Assembly (NCBI GenBank): GCA_008012175.1
Contig: SSEF01000020.1
Coordinates: 24,002 to 88,001, forward strand
Length of the DNA: 64,000 nt
From: Candidatus Moraniibacteriota bacterium
GTDB lineage: Bacteria; Patescibacteriota; Minisyncoccia; Moranbacterales; UBA1568
Direction: 5' to 3'
This document shows, one piece after another, positions 1-7,644 of this stretch (position 1 is the first letter of the stretch; the number at the start of each line of letters is the position of its first letter). The translations under genes and the position numbers were made by a program. The notes under the pieces were generated by a model. The model ran no database searches, was not told the DNA's origin, and worked only from the letters and a program-made list of their open reading frames with translations.

Positions 1-534
1 ACGCGCACTGTGGGAAGCAACGATGCCGCCGAGCGAGATGATGGCGATTTCCGATGTACCACCGCCGATATTGATGATCATATTGCCCTGTGCTGTATGG
101 ATTGGGATACCGGCGCCGATCGCGGCGAGGACTGGTTCCTTCACGACATACGCTGCTTTGGCTCCTGCCTTGATCGCCGCATCAACGACCGCGCGGCGCT
201 CTGTCGAAGTGATTCCCGCCGGCACCGACAAGACGATTTCCGGACGGATGAAGCGGACCCGGCCCATGACGCGATTGATGAAGTATTTGAGCATTGCCTC
301 GGTCACACGATAGTCAGCAATGGCGCCATCACGGAGTGGCTGACTTGCGGCAATAGTGTCTGGCGTGCGACCAAGCATCTCCTTGGCCTCGTTCCCGACG
401 GCGAGCACCTTGTTCTCAGAAAGCGAAATGGCGACAACGGACGGCTCGTTGATAACGATGCCTTGTCCCGGGACAAACACTAGTGTATTTGCCGTTCCCA
501 AGTCGATCCCAATTTTTTGTATGAGCCATCGCAT
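1..534 (-). CDS. mreB: Rod shape-determining protein MreB (3' end runs off window)
   Basis: Own translation of minus strand from ATG 534: MRWLIQKIGIDLGTANTLVFVPGQGIVINEPSVVA, the canonical MreB N-terminus; not in the ORF track because it is truncated. Confidence 0.95.
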   Translation of the reverse strand, partial: MRWLIQKIGIDLGTANTLVFVPGQGIVINEPSVVAISLSENKVLAVGNEAKEMLGRTPDTIAASQPLRDGAIADYRVTEAMLKYFINRVMGRVRFIRPEIVLSVPAGITSTERRAVVDAAIKAGAKAAYVVKEPVLAAIGAGIPIHTAQGNMIINIGGGTSEIAIISLGGIVASHSAR

Positions 535-545
535 AGTGCCTCGAC

Positions 546-1811
546 CTAAACAGTCTCTCGGGAAATTCTTGCTCCGATACCCGACAACCGATCTTCAATC
601 CGCTCATAACCGCGATCAACTTGGTAAATATCCTCGATTATCGTTTCGCCCGTTCCTACAAGTGCTGCAATGATGAGTGCCGCACCAGCCCGCAGATCAT
701 AGCTCTTGATAACTGTTCCGCGGAGCGGTGTCTTGCCATGTATGAGTATCTGATGCGGATTAAGAACGGTCAGTTTTGCCCCCATCTTTTCGAGTTCAGC
801 CGCATAATTAAAACGACCTTCGAACATCGTATCAAAAATGAACGTGTCTCCGGTGGCTTGAGTCGCAAGAACAGCAAGAGGCGCCTGGATATCGGTCGGG
901 ATGCCAGGGTACGGGCGCGGATCAATCTGGAGAGATGGAGCGGAAAGCACTGGCGCGGGATGGATTGTGATCGCGTCCTCTTCAAAGGTGAAGCGTACGC
1001 CAAACTCGCGCAGACGTTCAAGCACGAGATCAAGATCATCTTCTCGGGCATGTTCAACCGTAATTTCGCTCCCTGTTGCCGCACCGAGGATGAGATAGGT
1101 CGCTGCCTCATTATGATCAGGCATGATTACGTGCTTCGCACCATGAAGATCAGAGCGACCACGGATGGTTATGGTATTCGTCCCGAGACCGGAAACAGTA
1201 GCCCCCATTTTCTCAAGGAAATGGCCGAGGTCGACGACGTGCGGTTCGCAGGCTGCAATCTTAACAGTCGTCTCACCCGGGAGGGCAGCCGCAAGCATCA
1301 TAATGTTTTCTGTCGCTGTCACTGACATTTGCCGCAAAACAACCTTGGCTGGCCGGCGGCCGGTTGCATCAATTACGAAACCTTTTTCTTCGGGCTGGAC
1401 TACGATACCAAGCTTTGCCAGCGCGTCGATATGTGCGTCAACCGGACGAGCGCCGATAACGCAGCCGCCCGGCTGACGCAATTCGAAATGATTGAAACGT
1501 GCGGAAAGCGATCCAAAAAGGAGGATCGAAGATCGAAGACGCTTCACTTTTTCTTGGTCTGCACGAGTCGGATCGATAGCATCCGGCGTGATGGCTACCG
1601 TCCGGTGCCCAAGCCACTCCACTGTAGCCCCTAAACTCTCGATGATTTCAAGCATCCGGAACACATCCTCTATCCGGGGGATGTTTTCGAGCACCGAACG
1701 TTCGCGCGAAAGAAGCGTCGCCGCAATGATCGGCGTCGCGGCATTTTTCAGCCCGTAAACGGGAATACGGCCGGACAGCTTCTTTCCGCCCTGGATTCGA
1801 AAGACTTCCAT
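546..1811 (-). CDS. murA: UDP-N-acetylglucosamine 1-carboxyvinyltransferase
   Basis: KNAA, PGGCVIGARPVDAH (catalytic Cys), DLRAGAAL and DRGYE motifs. Confidence 0.97.
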   Translation of the reverse strand: MEVFRIQGGKKLSGRIPVYGLKNAATPIIAATLLSRERSVLENIPRIEDVFRMLEIIESLGATVEWLGHRTVAITPDAIDPTRADQEKVKRLRSSILLFGSLSARFNHFELRQPGGCVIGARPVDAHIDALAKLGIVVQPEEKGFVIDATGRRPAKVVLRQMSVTATENIMMLAAALPGETTVKIAACEPHVVDLGHFLEKMGATVSGLGTNTITIRGRSDLHGAKHVIMPDHNEAATYLILGAATGSEITVEHAREDDLDLVLERLREFGVRFTFEEDAITIHPAPVLSAPSLQIDPRPYPGIPTDIQAPLAVLATQATGDTFIFDTMFEGRFNYAAELEKMGAKLTVLNPHQILIHGKTPLRGTVIKSYDLRAGAALIIAALVGTGETIIEDIYQVDRGYERIEDRLSGIGARISRETV

Positions 1812-1818
1812 AGACCAG

Positions 1819-1847
1819 AGTATACTCCAAAAAAAACCTTATTTCAA
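1819..1847 (-). promoter_or_regulatory. sigma70-type promoter of murA (leaderless)
   Basis: TTGAAA-17 bp-TATACT, ending 7 nt before the ATG. Confidence 0.6.
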
Positions 1848-2048
1848 GGCGCAATTCCGCCTCTTTTCCCTCATGAAAATGATAATCCGCTCATCGACGC
1901 GAAGGACGAGAGCGGCATCATTGAGGGTGGCGGCAGGCCTATTTTAGTGCTGCCGCGTGGGACAGGGACACCTGTTCCAGTATGCTTGAAAGCGCTTTAA
2001 CGCTTTTCTTTTTGTTTTTGTATTCTGTTTTTCGCACGAGAACGATGT

Positions 2049-2080
2049 AAAAAAAGAAAACGGGCGTTCACCCGTTTCTT
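2049..2080 (-). terminator. Intrinsic terminator after DGR RT
   Basis: Minus strand AAACGGG-tgaacg-CCCGTTT followed by a T tract, directly after the RT stop. Confidence 0.75.
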
Positions 2081-2083
2081 CAT

Positions 2084-3151
2084 TTACCTTACCAGTATAG
2101 CAGGTTTTACCCCCTCTGTCAAAGTCATTCTCTCTATCTTTTCCCTCAACCGATACCCGTTCCCATGGCTGAGCAATCCGAGATACGCATAAGCGTTCCT
2201 CTCGTCCAACATCCGAAACATCCTCCGCTTCGTTGATCCCCGCAATACGCGATGATCAGGGAAATGCACCCATCCGAGAAAGTCGACGCCCGAAGCAACG
2301 GCTTTGATCAACACCTTATCAGGATGTAAACAAAGTCCGAGTCGTTCCCAAAGAAATTTCCGGATCAATATCAGAAAACCCTCCAGTTGTTCACAGTCTC
2401 TCGACATGATGACAAAATCATCCGCGTAGCGAATGTAATACTTCGCTTTGAGCTTGTGTTTCACGAATTGATCGAATTCGTTCATGTAAATATTCACGAA
2501 AAGCTGCGAGGTCAGATTGCCAAGCGGTAACCCGATACCCGGTCTCTCTAGAGTACGAAAGCTCCGCATCACTCTTTCCAGCAACCAGAGAATATCCTGG
2601 TCAGGGATCCGGTCACGGAGAATACCAAGCAGTATTTCCTGATCGATCGACGCGAAGAACTTCCGGATATCGCACTTCAAGACCCACGCGGTTCTGGTAT
2701 CGTTACAAGAAATTTTCCTCGCAAACACTCGGAATCGATCAAGCGTCTTGTGCGTACCTTTTTCTTTGCGGCAGGAATACGAATCAGCGATGAAGAGCGT
2801 ATCGAAGAACGGATAGAGTATCCGGTAGATCGCGTGGTGGACCAATCGGTCTCTCACCGAAGCCTTGTGGATATCGCGTGGCTTGGGATCGTTTATTTTG
2901 AAGGCTTGATACCCGCCGTGCTCATACGTCTTGTTTTCTAGGTCTTCGTGGAGTGCGAAGATATGGTCCATGAGACGCGCCTCGAATACCTGGACATCTT
3001 GTTTGTTCTTCTTTCCCTTCAGAAATTCCTTCCATGCCTCAAGAAGATTTTCGAGAGATATGATATCATCGTAAACAACCGTTAATTTCTTCTTTGTTTC
3101 GCTATGGCTCTTCCTGGAGTTACCCCCCCCCGACTTGTACCAGTTTTGCAT
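2084..3151 (-). CDS. DGR reverse transcriptase
   Basis: RDRLVHHA, KCDIRKFF, GLPLGNLTSQ (DGR-type GxxxSQ), YIRYADDF, VDFLGW. No maturase or endonuclease tail. ATG 3151 is the nearest in-frame start; the frame stays open up to TTG 3469. Confidence 0.93.
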   Translation of the reverse strand: MQNWYKSGGGNSRKSHSETKKKLTVVYDDIISLENLLEAWKEFLKGKKNKQDVQVFEARLMDHIFALHEDLENKTYEHGGYQAFKINDPKPRDIHKASVRDRLVHHAIYRILYPFFDTLFIADSYSCRKEKGTHKTLDRFRVFARKISCNDTRTAWVLKCDIRKFFASIDQEILLGILRDRIPDQDILWLLERVMRSFRTLERPGIGLPLGNLTSQLFVNIYMNEFDQFVKHKLKAKYYIRYADDFVIMSRDCEQLEGFLILIRKFLWERLGLCLHPDKVLIKAVASGVDFLGWVHFPDHRVLRGSTKRRMFRMLDERNAYAYLGLLSHGNGYRLREKIERMTLTEGVKPAILVR

Positions 3152-3487
3152 AAGATAAAAGATGCGTATCTGTTTTGGTATACTCTCCTTTCTTCGCTTC
3201 CCAAGACACACCGCTACTCTCTCGGCCAGCGGATCGATCGTATCTTCATAGAATGCATCGAGTGCGTTTCGGCAGCCGCTTTTCTCTCGCCACAGGAAAA
3301 GATGCCATATGTCCGCCACGCTATCCGCAAAATCGATACGCTCAAGATTCTCCTGCTCGTCCTCTGGGAAACGAAGTCGATCGATACCAAAAAATATATC
3401 GCGCTTTCCGAAAAGATCGATGAGATCGGCAGGATGCTCGGCGGATGGAATGGACAACTCTCCAAACAAAACTCCTCCCGGAAATGA
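3104..3487 (+). CDS. avd: Avd-like accessory variability determinant (four-helix bundle)
   Basis: 127 aa, helical, with LPKTHRYSLGQRID...IDEIGRMLGGW typical of the bAvd/four-helix-bundle family; lies inside the DGR cassette. Confidence 0.85.
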   Translation: MALPGVTPPRLVPVLHKIKDAYLFWYTLLSSLPKTHRYSLGQRIDRIFIECIECVSAAAFLSPQEKMPYVRHAIRKIDTLKILLLVLWETKSIDTKKYIALSEKIDEIGRMLGGWNGQLSKQNSSRK

Positions 3488-3505
3488 GAGGAGAAATGAA
3501 GAGAG

Positions 3506-3631
3506 TTGCGAAGCGCAGAGCCGGGTTATTGTCGTTCCAGTTGTTGTCGAGCCAGTTCCAGTTCAAGACAATCTGACCACCGTTCTCGATGAGGTACGGG
3601 ACGTTGAGGTTACCATTGCGGTTCTGCACGA
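3506..3631 (-). repeat. DGR template repeat (TR)
   Basis: 126 bp matching 4030-4155 with 10 mismatches, each an A in the TR sense strand; 12 AAY codons in target frame. Confidence 0.96.
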
Positions 3632-3740
3632 ATGTATAAGATGCCGTCTATACCACCGCCCATCGAATACTCTCAGGGTTGAATCGTATTCCGCATCTCA
3701 AATGCGCGAGTATCTTATACCAAGTATCTTCATTTTTTGA

Positions 3741-3785
3741 CCCATTCGATAGGCTCAGGGTCATCCTGAGTTTTATCGAAGGATG
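3741..3785. repeat. REP-like palindrome inside the DGR non-coding region
   Basis: TTCGATA-GGCTCAGG-gtcat-CCTGAGTT-t-TATCGAA imperfect inverted repeat. Confidence 0.55.
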
Positions 3786-3939
3786 AAGTGTCTGCATACA
3801 CCACTCTATCCGAAACGGTGGCCACGGATATTCTCAATGTATGGATACTGGATTCGGCCGCCGACGACCGTAATCACCTGCAAGATTCGCCTACTACCAA
3901 TCCCAGTGTATCAAAAAATGAGAAGTTGAAGAAATGAAA

Positions 3940-3972
3940 ACCCCGCACTACCATGTAGGTAAAATGCGGGGT
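3940..3972 (-). promoter_or_regulatory. GC-rich hairpin downstream of VR (candidate DGR homing hairpin)
   Basis: ACCCCGCA...TGCGGGGT 8-bp stem with inner TACC/GGTA pairing, just past the target stop. Confidence 0.65.
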
Positions 3973-3994
3973 CAAAGGACTAAGTATCAAGGGT

Positions 3995-4651
3995 CTAAGA
4001 GACCTGAGATACAGAGCCCTGAGGACTACTTGCGAAGCGCAGAGCCGGGTTATTGCCGTGCCAGTTGTTGCCGAGCCAGCCCCAGCTCAAGACAATCTGA
4101 CCACCGTACTCGACGAGGTACGGGACGTTGAGGTCACCATTGCGGTACTGCACGACTGATTTCCAGAGAGAGACTGCCTTGTCTCCGAAATATTTCCGGA
4201 AGATTTCGATGCCTTGCTTCTGGATTTCTTCGCCATCACGAAGCGACAGACAGCGTTCGAGTATCTTCTTTTCCTTGAGATACTCGTAGAGCTTGTGACC
4301 CTCGATACGTTGGCCATTCTTCTGCACGTCATGGAGCCAGAGGTCGACGGCCCCGAGGTCATACTCGACCGGACCGGTGGATTCCAGTTCCGGATGCATC
4401 ACCAGTTTCACCCAATCGGGATAGACGGGACGGATAGAACGATCGACATGAATGAGGGTGTCAAGCGGTGCTTCGGGTGCCAGAGTCGCTCCCTTCACTC
4501 CTTCACGAAGCACTTCAGCGAAACGTGACCGCCAGAGTTCACCATCGGTACTACCAACCTTGTTGACGGTGTCCAACAAGACTCCCAGTCGTTCTTGTGG
4601 GACACCCACGAGGGCACGGACGATGGGGGCGAGCATGTCATTTTTGGACAT
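3995..4651 (-). CDS. DGR target (variable) protein, C-terminal VR, probable CLec-like fold
   Basis: 218 aa with AAAGGAG RBS; VR encodes VQYRNGDLNVPYLVEYGGQIVLSWGWLGNNWHGNNPALRFA; fold is inferred. Confidence 0.9.
   Translation of the reverse strand: MSKNDMLAPIVRALVGVPQERLGVLLDTVNKVGSTDGELWRSRFAEVLREGVKGATLAPEAPLDTLIHVDRSIRPVYPDWVKLVMHPELESTGPVEYDLGAVDLWLHDVQKNGQRIEGHKLYEYLKEKKILERCLSLRDGEEIQKQGIEIFRKYFGDKAVSLWKSVVQYRNGDLNVPYLVEYGGQIVLSWGWLGNNWHGNNPALRFASSPQGSVSQVS
4030..4155 (-). repeat. DGR variable repeat (VR)
   Basis: Copy of TR with 7 A>G, 2 A>T and 1 A>C changes; invariant GC-rich 3' end CCGGCTCTGCGCTTCGC. Confidence 0.96.
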
Positions 4652-4779
4652 GGTCTATCTCCTTTTTTGCAGGCACTAGCGGGCTCTCGAGAAATTGAGT
4701 TTGCCATAGTAGAGAAGGGCCTACATGAAGCCGCTTTCTGCTATGGCAAAACTGTATGATTTTTAAGGTTCGAAGTACT

Positions 4780-4808
4780 ATCATACACCATTTTAGGTGT
4801 TCTGTCCA
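4780..4808 (-). promoter_or_regulatory. sigma70-type promoter of DGR target/cassette
   Basis: TGGACA-17 bp-TATGAT on minus strand. Confidence 0.6.
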
Positions 4809-4819
4809 GGGTCGAGCAG

Positions 4820-4859
4820 GTCATTGAAAAGAGGCTTGCTACAGCCTCTTTTCAATGAC
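4820..4859. terminator. Perfect 17-bp inverted repeat, likely terminator after trxB
   Basis: GTCATTGAAAAGAGGCT-tgctac-AGCCTCTTTTCAATGAC. Confidence 0.7.
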
Positions 4860-4921
4860 TCCACTCACATAACCCGCGATCGCTAATTAAGTGCTTACCG
4901 GACAAAAAAGAATGGCGGCAG

Positions 4922-5848
4922 TTAACCACCTTTGCGGACGAAGTCATAGGCGGCAAGCGCTGCCGTCACGCCCAGGCCGGCCGAGATATTGTTCTGCTTA
5001 TACGGAGCATCGGTCGCATCTCCGGTAGCGTAAATACCCAGCTTGGACGTTGAGGCATTCCTCGTATCGAGGACGATTTCACCACGCTCGTTCAAATCAA
5101 GGATATCCTTCACGAATTCAGTATTTGGAACCATGCCGATCTCGACGAATACCCCATCAAGCGCGATGTCCTTCTTTTCGCCTGATGTCTTGTCGAGATA
5201 GCGGAGCCCTTCAACATGAGCATTGCCAAGTATCTCGGCTGTCTCGCCGCTATAGATAACTCTCACTTTTGGGGAGGCAGCGATCTTGTCTTGGGTTACT
5301 TTGTCGCCTTTCAGCTCGGTACCACGAGCAATGAGCGTGATATCATCGGCATACGGCAAAAGGTCCTCGACAGCTTCGAGTGCCGAATTGCCGCTCCCGA
5401 TCACCGCAACCCTCTTGGCCCGGAAAAAAGGCGCATCACAAGTTGAGCAAAATACGACCCCCTTACCGATGAATCTCTCTTCACCTGGAACCTCGAGATG
5501 GCGATGCCGGCCGCCAGTTGCAACAATGACCGTCTTTGTTTCATAGCTCCCCTTATCGGTAATAAGCTGATAGCCGCCAGAGGAAAGTTCCTTGAGACCC
5601 GTTGCACGTTCACCGGTCCTGATTTCTATCCCCTCCTGTGCCCGTAAATGCTTCTCGAGCGCCTGACCGAATTCCCAGCCCGGGATGGTCACGGTCCCGA
5701 TCCAGTTTTCGATCGAAGCCGAGACCACCGACTGACTCAGGAAGCTTTCCGTGACAAAAAGCGTCTTCATCTGCTTTCGCGCCGCATACACCCCTGCCGC
5801 TACACCGCCCGGACCACCACCTACAATTATGCAGTCATACATACACAT
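4922..5848 (-). CDS. trxB: Thioredoxin reductase / AhpF-like FAD-dependent disulfide oxidoreductase
   Basis: GGGPGG, redox CSTCD, GSGNSA and ATGD motifs. Confidence 0.9.
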   Translation of the reverse strand: MCMYDCIIVGGGPGGVAAGVYAARKQMKTLFVTESFLSQSVVSASIENWIGTVTIPGWEFGQALEKHLRAQEGIEIRTGERATGLKELSSGGYQLITDKGSYETKTVIVATGGRHRHLEVPGEERFIGKGVVFCSTCDAPFFRAKRVAVIGSGNSALEAVEDLLPYADDITLIARGTELKGDKVTQDKIAASPKVRVIYSGETAEILGNAHVEGLRYLDKTSGEKKDIALDGVFVEIGMVPNTEFVKDILDLNERGEIVLDTRNASTSKLGIYATGDATDAPYKQNNISAGLGVTAALAAYDFVRKGG

Positions 5849-5853
5849 TTTGG

Positions 5854-6135
5854 TTATTGCATCTTAAACAGGCTCTTAAGATAGGCCTCGTCAATCTTTT
5901 TCTTCCCCTCCCACTTGCAGATAAAATCATCCTTAAGGAGCTCAACCCCGAGCATCGCAACTGCTTCGCGAATCGCCGAAATCTGCGCGATGATATTGAG
6001 ACACTCGTCGTTTCCCTCTACCATCCGCCGGATACCGCGAAGCTGTCCCTCAATACGGGCGATACGGGCAAGCACGGCATCGCGAGGAGCGCCAGGCTTC
6101 ACGCTTGCAATTGATTTCTTTTCAGGTCGAGCCAT
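5854..6135 (-). CDS. CsoR/RcnR/CstR-family transcriptional repressor
   Basis: RIARIEGQLRGIRRMVE..DECLNIIAQISAIREA. Confidence 0.92.
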   Translation of the reverse strand: MARPEKKSIASVKPGAPRDAVLARIARIEGQLRGIRRMVEGNDECLNIIAQISAIREAVAMLGVELLKDDFICKWEGKKKIDEAYLKSLFKMQ

Positions 6136-6149
6136 TGCAGTACACACAA

Positions 6150-6196
6150 AATATACCCTCTGGGGGTATATTACAAGCCGCTTATGAGGATGTCAA
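6150..6196 (-). promoter_or_regulatory. CsoR-family operator overlapping promoter
   Basis: AATATACCC-N5-GGGTATATT (6150-6172) overlapping the -10 of TTGACA-17 bp-TAATAT. Confidence 0.8.
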
Positions 6197-6210
6197 CAGC
6201 GGTGCAGACA

Positions 6211-7629
6211 CTACCCTGTCTTGATAAGACGTTTAACTCCGTCACGGAATTGGTTGCCACGATCAAACTCATTCTGAAAAAGCCCAAAGCTCGCGACACC
6301 GGGCGAAAGTAGGACGACATCGCCGGAACAGGCTTCATCGGTTGCGACCCGAATTGCGTCTTCCATGCTCGTGACGACCGGAAAGACGGCTTCCGATTTT
6401 CCCATCGCAGTTGCCTCTTTCTCCATGAGGGGCAGGAGTTTTTCCGTTGCCGTCCCTTGAAGCAGGATCACTGCCTTTGGCTCGCTCACGAAAACACGCG
6501 CGAGCTCGGCATAATCAAATGCCTTGTCTGCGCCGCCTGCAATGAGCACGACTGGCTCCTCAAATGATCGAATTCCAGCAATCGCCGCTTCAGGCATGGT
6601 TGCCGCCGTATCATTATAAAAAACAACTCCGCTTTTCTCACCGACGCGTTCAAGCCGATGCGGGACACCAGCAAAGTTTTCAAGTGCCGCAAGAAGAGCA
6701 TCCGAACGTACGTTCTGGAGACGCGCTACAGCAATCGCTGCGAGGATATTGCCACGGTTATGCTGGCCCCGAAGTGCTGTCTTCGGCCAAGGGAAAAGCT
6801 CGGATTCCCTTTCCATCACCCGTTCAAACACATGGCCGTCCCGGACAAAAATCCCTTCATCCTGCAGCATGTCTCCATCGGAAAACCACACGACTCGACC
6901 AGGGGCTTTCGCCGCGAAAGCCCGTGTGCCTTCGTTGTCTCGATTAAGAATAAGCACATCGTCTTTCTTCTGGTAACGGAAAATGATCTCCTTATCGGAC
7001 ACATAAGCCGTCATCTTCTTGTAGTAGTTCAGATGGTCGGGATAGATATTTGTCACTACCGCAATAACCGGAGAGTACTTATGTGAAGCAAAGGATGAAA
7101 GACGCCAGCTCGAGAGTTCAGCAACCGCCAGCGCCCGCTCTGACACTTCATCAATCGCATCCAGAAATCCTACCTGATTGATCCCTACTCGGACGATTTC
7201 CTGATTGGACTGTTCAAGGATATGAGCGATAAGAGAAGCTGTTGTTGTTTTTCCCTTAGTTCCGGTGATGCCGATCATCGGCCGCTTTACAAGCGCAGTA
7301 AAAATGCTTGCATCCATCTCGACTGGTACCCCATTCTCCAAGGCGATCCTGATATACTCGTTTGTCCAGGGAATACCAGGATTCTTCACGACCATATCAG
7401 TTTGAGTGAAATCCTCTGGACGGTGTTGGCCAAGTACATAGACTATGTTCTTGTACTTCGAGAGTTCTGCCAGAGTTGGAGCGAGGTCTTCTCTTGTTTT
7501 GATATCAGTCGCAATCACTTCACGAACGCCGACATCGATTAGAAATTTTATCACTGCCAAAGCACCTCGGTTAAGACCGATACCGAAGACCGTGATACGC
7601 TTTCCTTTGAACCATTCGCGTTTCAACAT
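6211..7629 (-). CDS. murD: UDP-N-acetylmuramoyl-L-alanine--D-glutamate ligase
   Basis: ITGTKGKTTT, ELSSWRL, DHLNY, HRLE and LLSPG..SF..F motifs. Confidence 0.93.
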   Translation of the reverse strand: MLKREWFKGKRITVFGIGLNRGALAVIKFLIDVGVREVIATDIKTREDLAPTLAELSKYKNIVYVLGQHRPEDFTQTDMVVKNPGIPWTNEYIRIALENGVPVEMDASIFTALVKRPMIGITGTKGKTTTASLIAHILEQSNQEIVRVGINQVGFLDAIDEVSERALAVAELSSWRLSSFASHKYSPVIAVVTNIYPDHLNYYKKMTAYVSDKEIIFRYQKKDDVLILNRDNEGTRAFAAKAPGRVVWFSDGDMLQDEGIFVRDGHVFERVMERESELFPWPKTALRGQHNRGNILAAIAVARLQNVRSDALLAALENFAGVPHRLERVGEKSGVVFYNDTAATMPEAAIAGIRSFEEPVVLIAGGADKAFDYAELARVFVSEPKAVILLQGTATEKLLPLMEKEATAMGKSEAVFPVVTSMEDAIRVATDEACSGDVVLLSPGVASFGLFQNEFDRGNQFRDGVKRLIKTG

Positions 7630-7644
7630 AGTGAGAGAGTCACT

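Larger units (their letters stand above)
2049..4808 (-). mobile_element. Diversity-generating retroelement cassette: target(VR) - hairpin - TR - antisense avd - RT
   Basis: All core DGR parts present between murA and trxB, bounded by a promoter and a terminator. Confidence 0.93.

Noticed and set aside
10-483. Long + strand ORFs opposite core genes (also 22146-22991, 25758-26840, 48427-49476, 51551-53095)
   Set aside because: Antisense shadows of mreB, ftsZ, rpoBC and others, expected from GC-biased codon usage
2084-3469. RT as a group II intron or retron
   Set aside because: No maturase/endonuclease tail, no intron domain V/VI, no VTG retron motif; TR/VR and avd identify a DGR
3342-3629. 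95-aa Asn-rich ORF
   Set aside because: It is the TR read in the target frame plus avd antisense; TRs function as RNA templates
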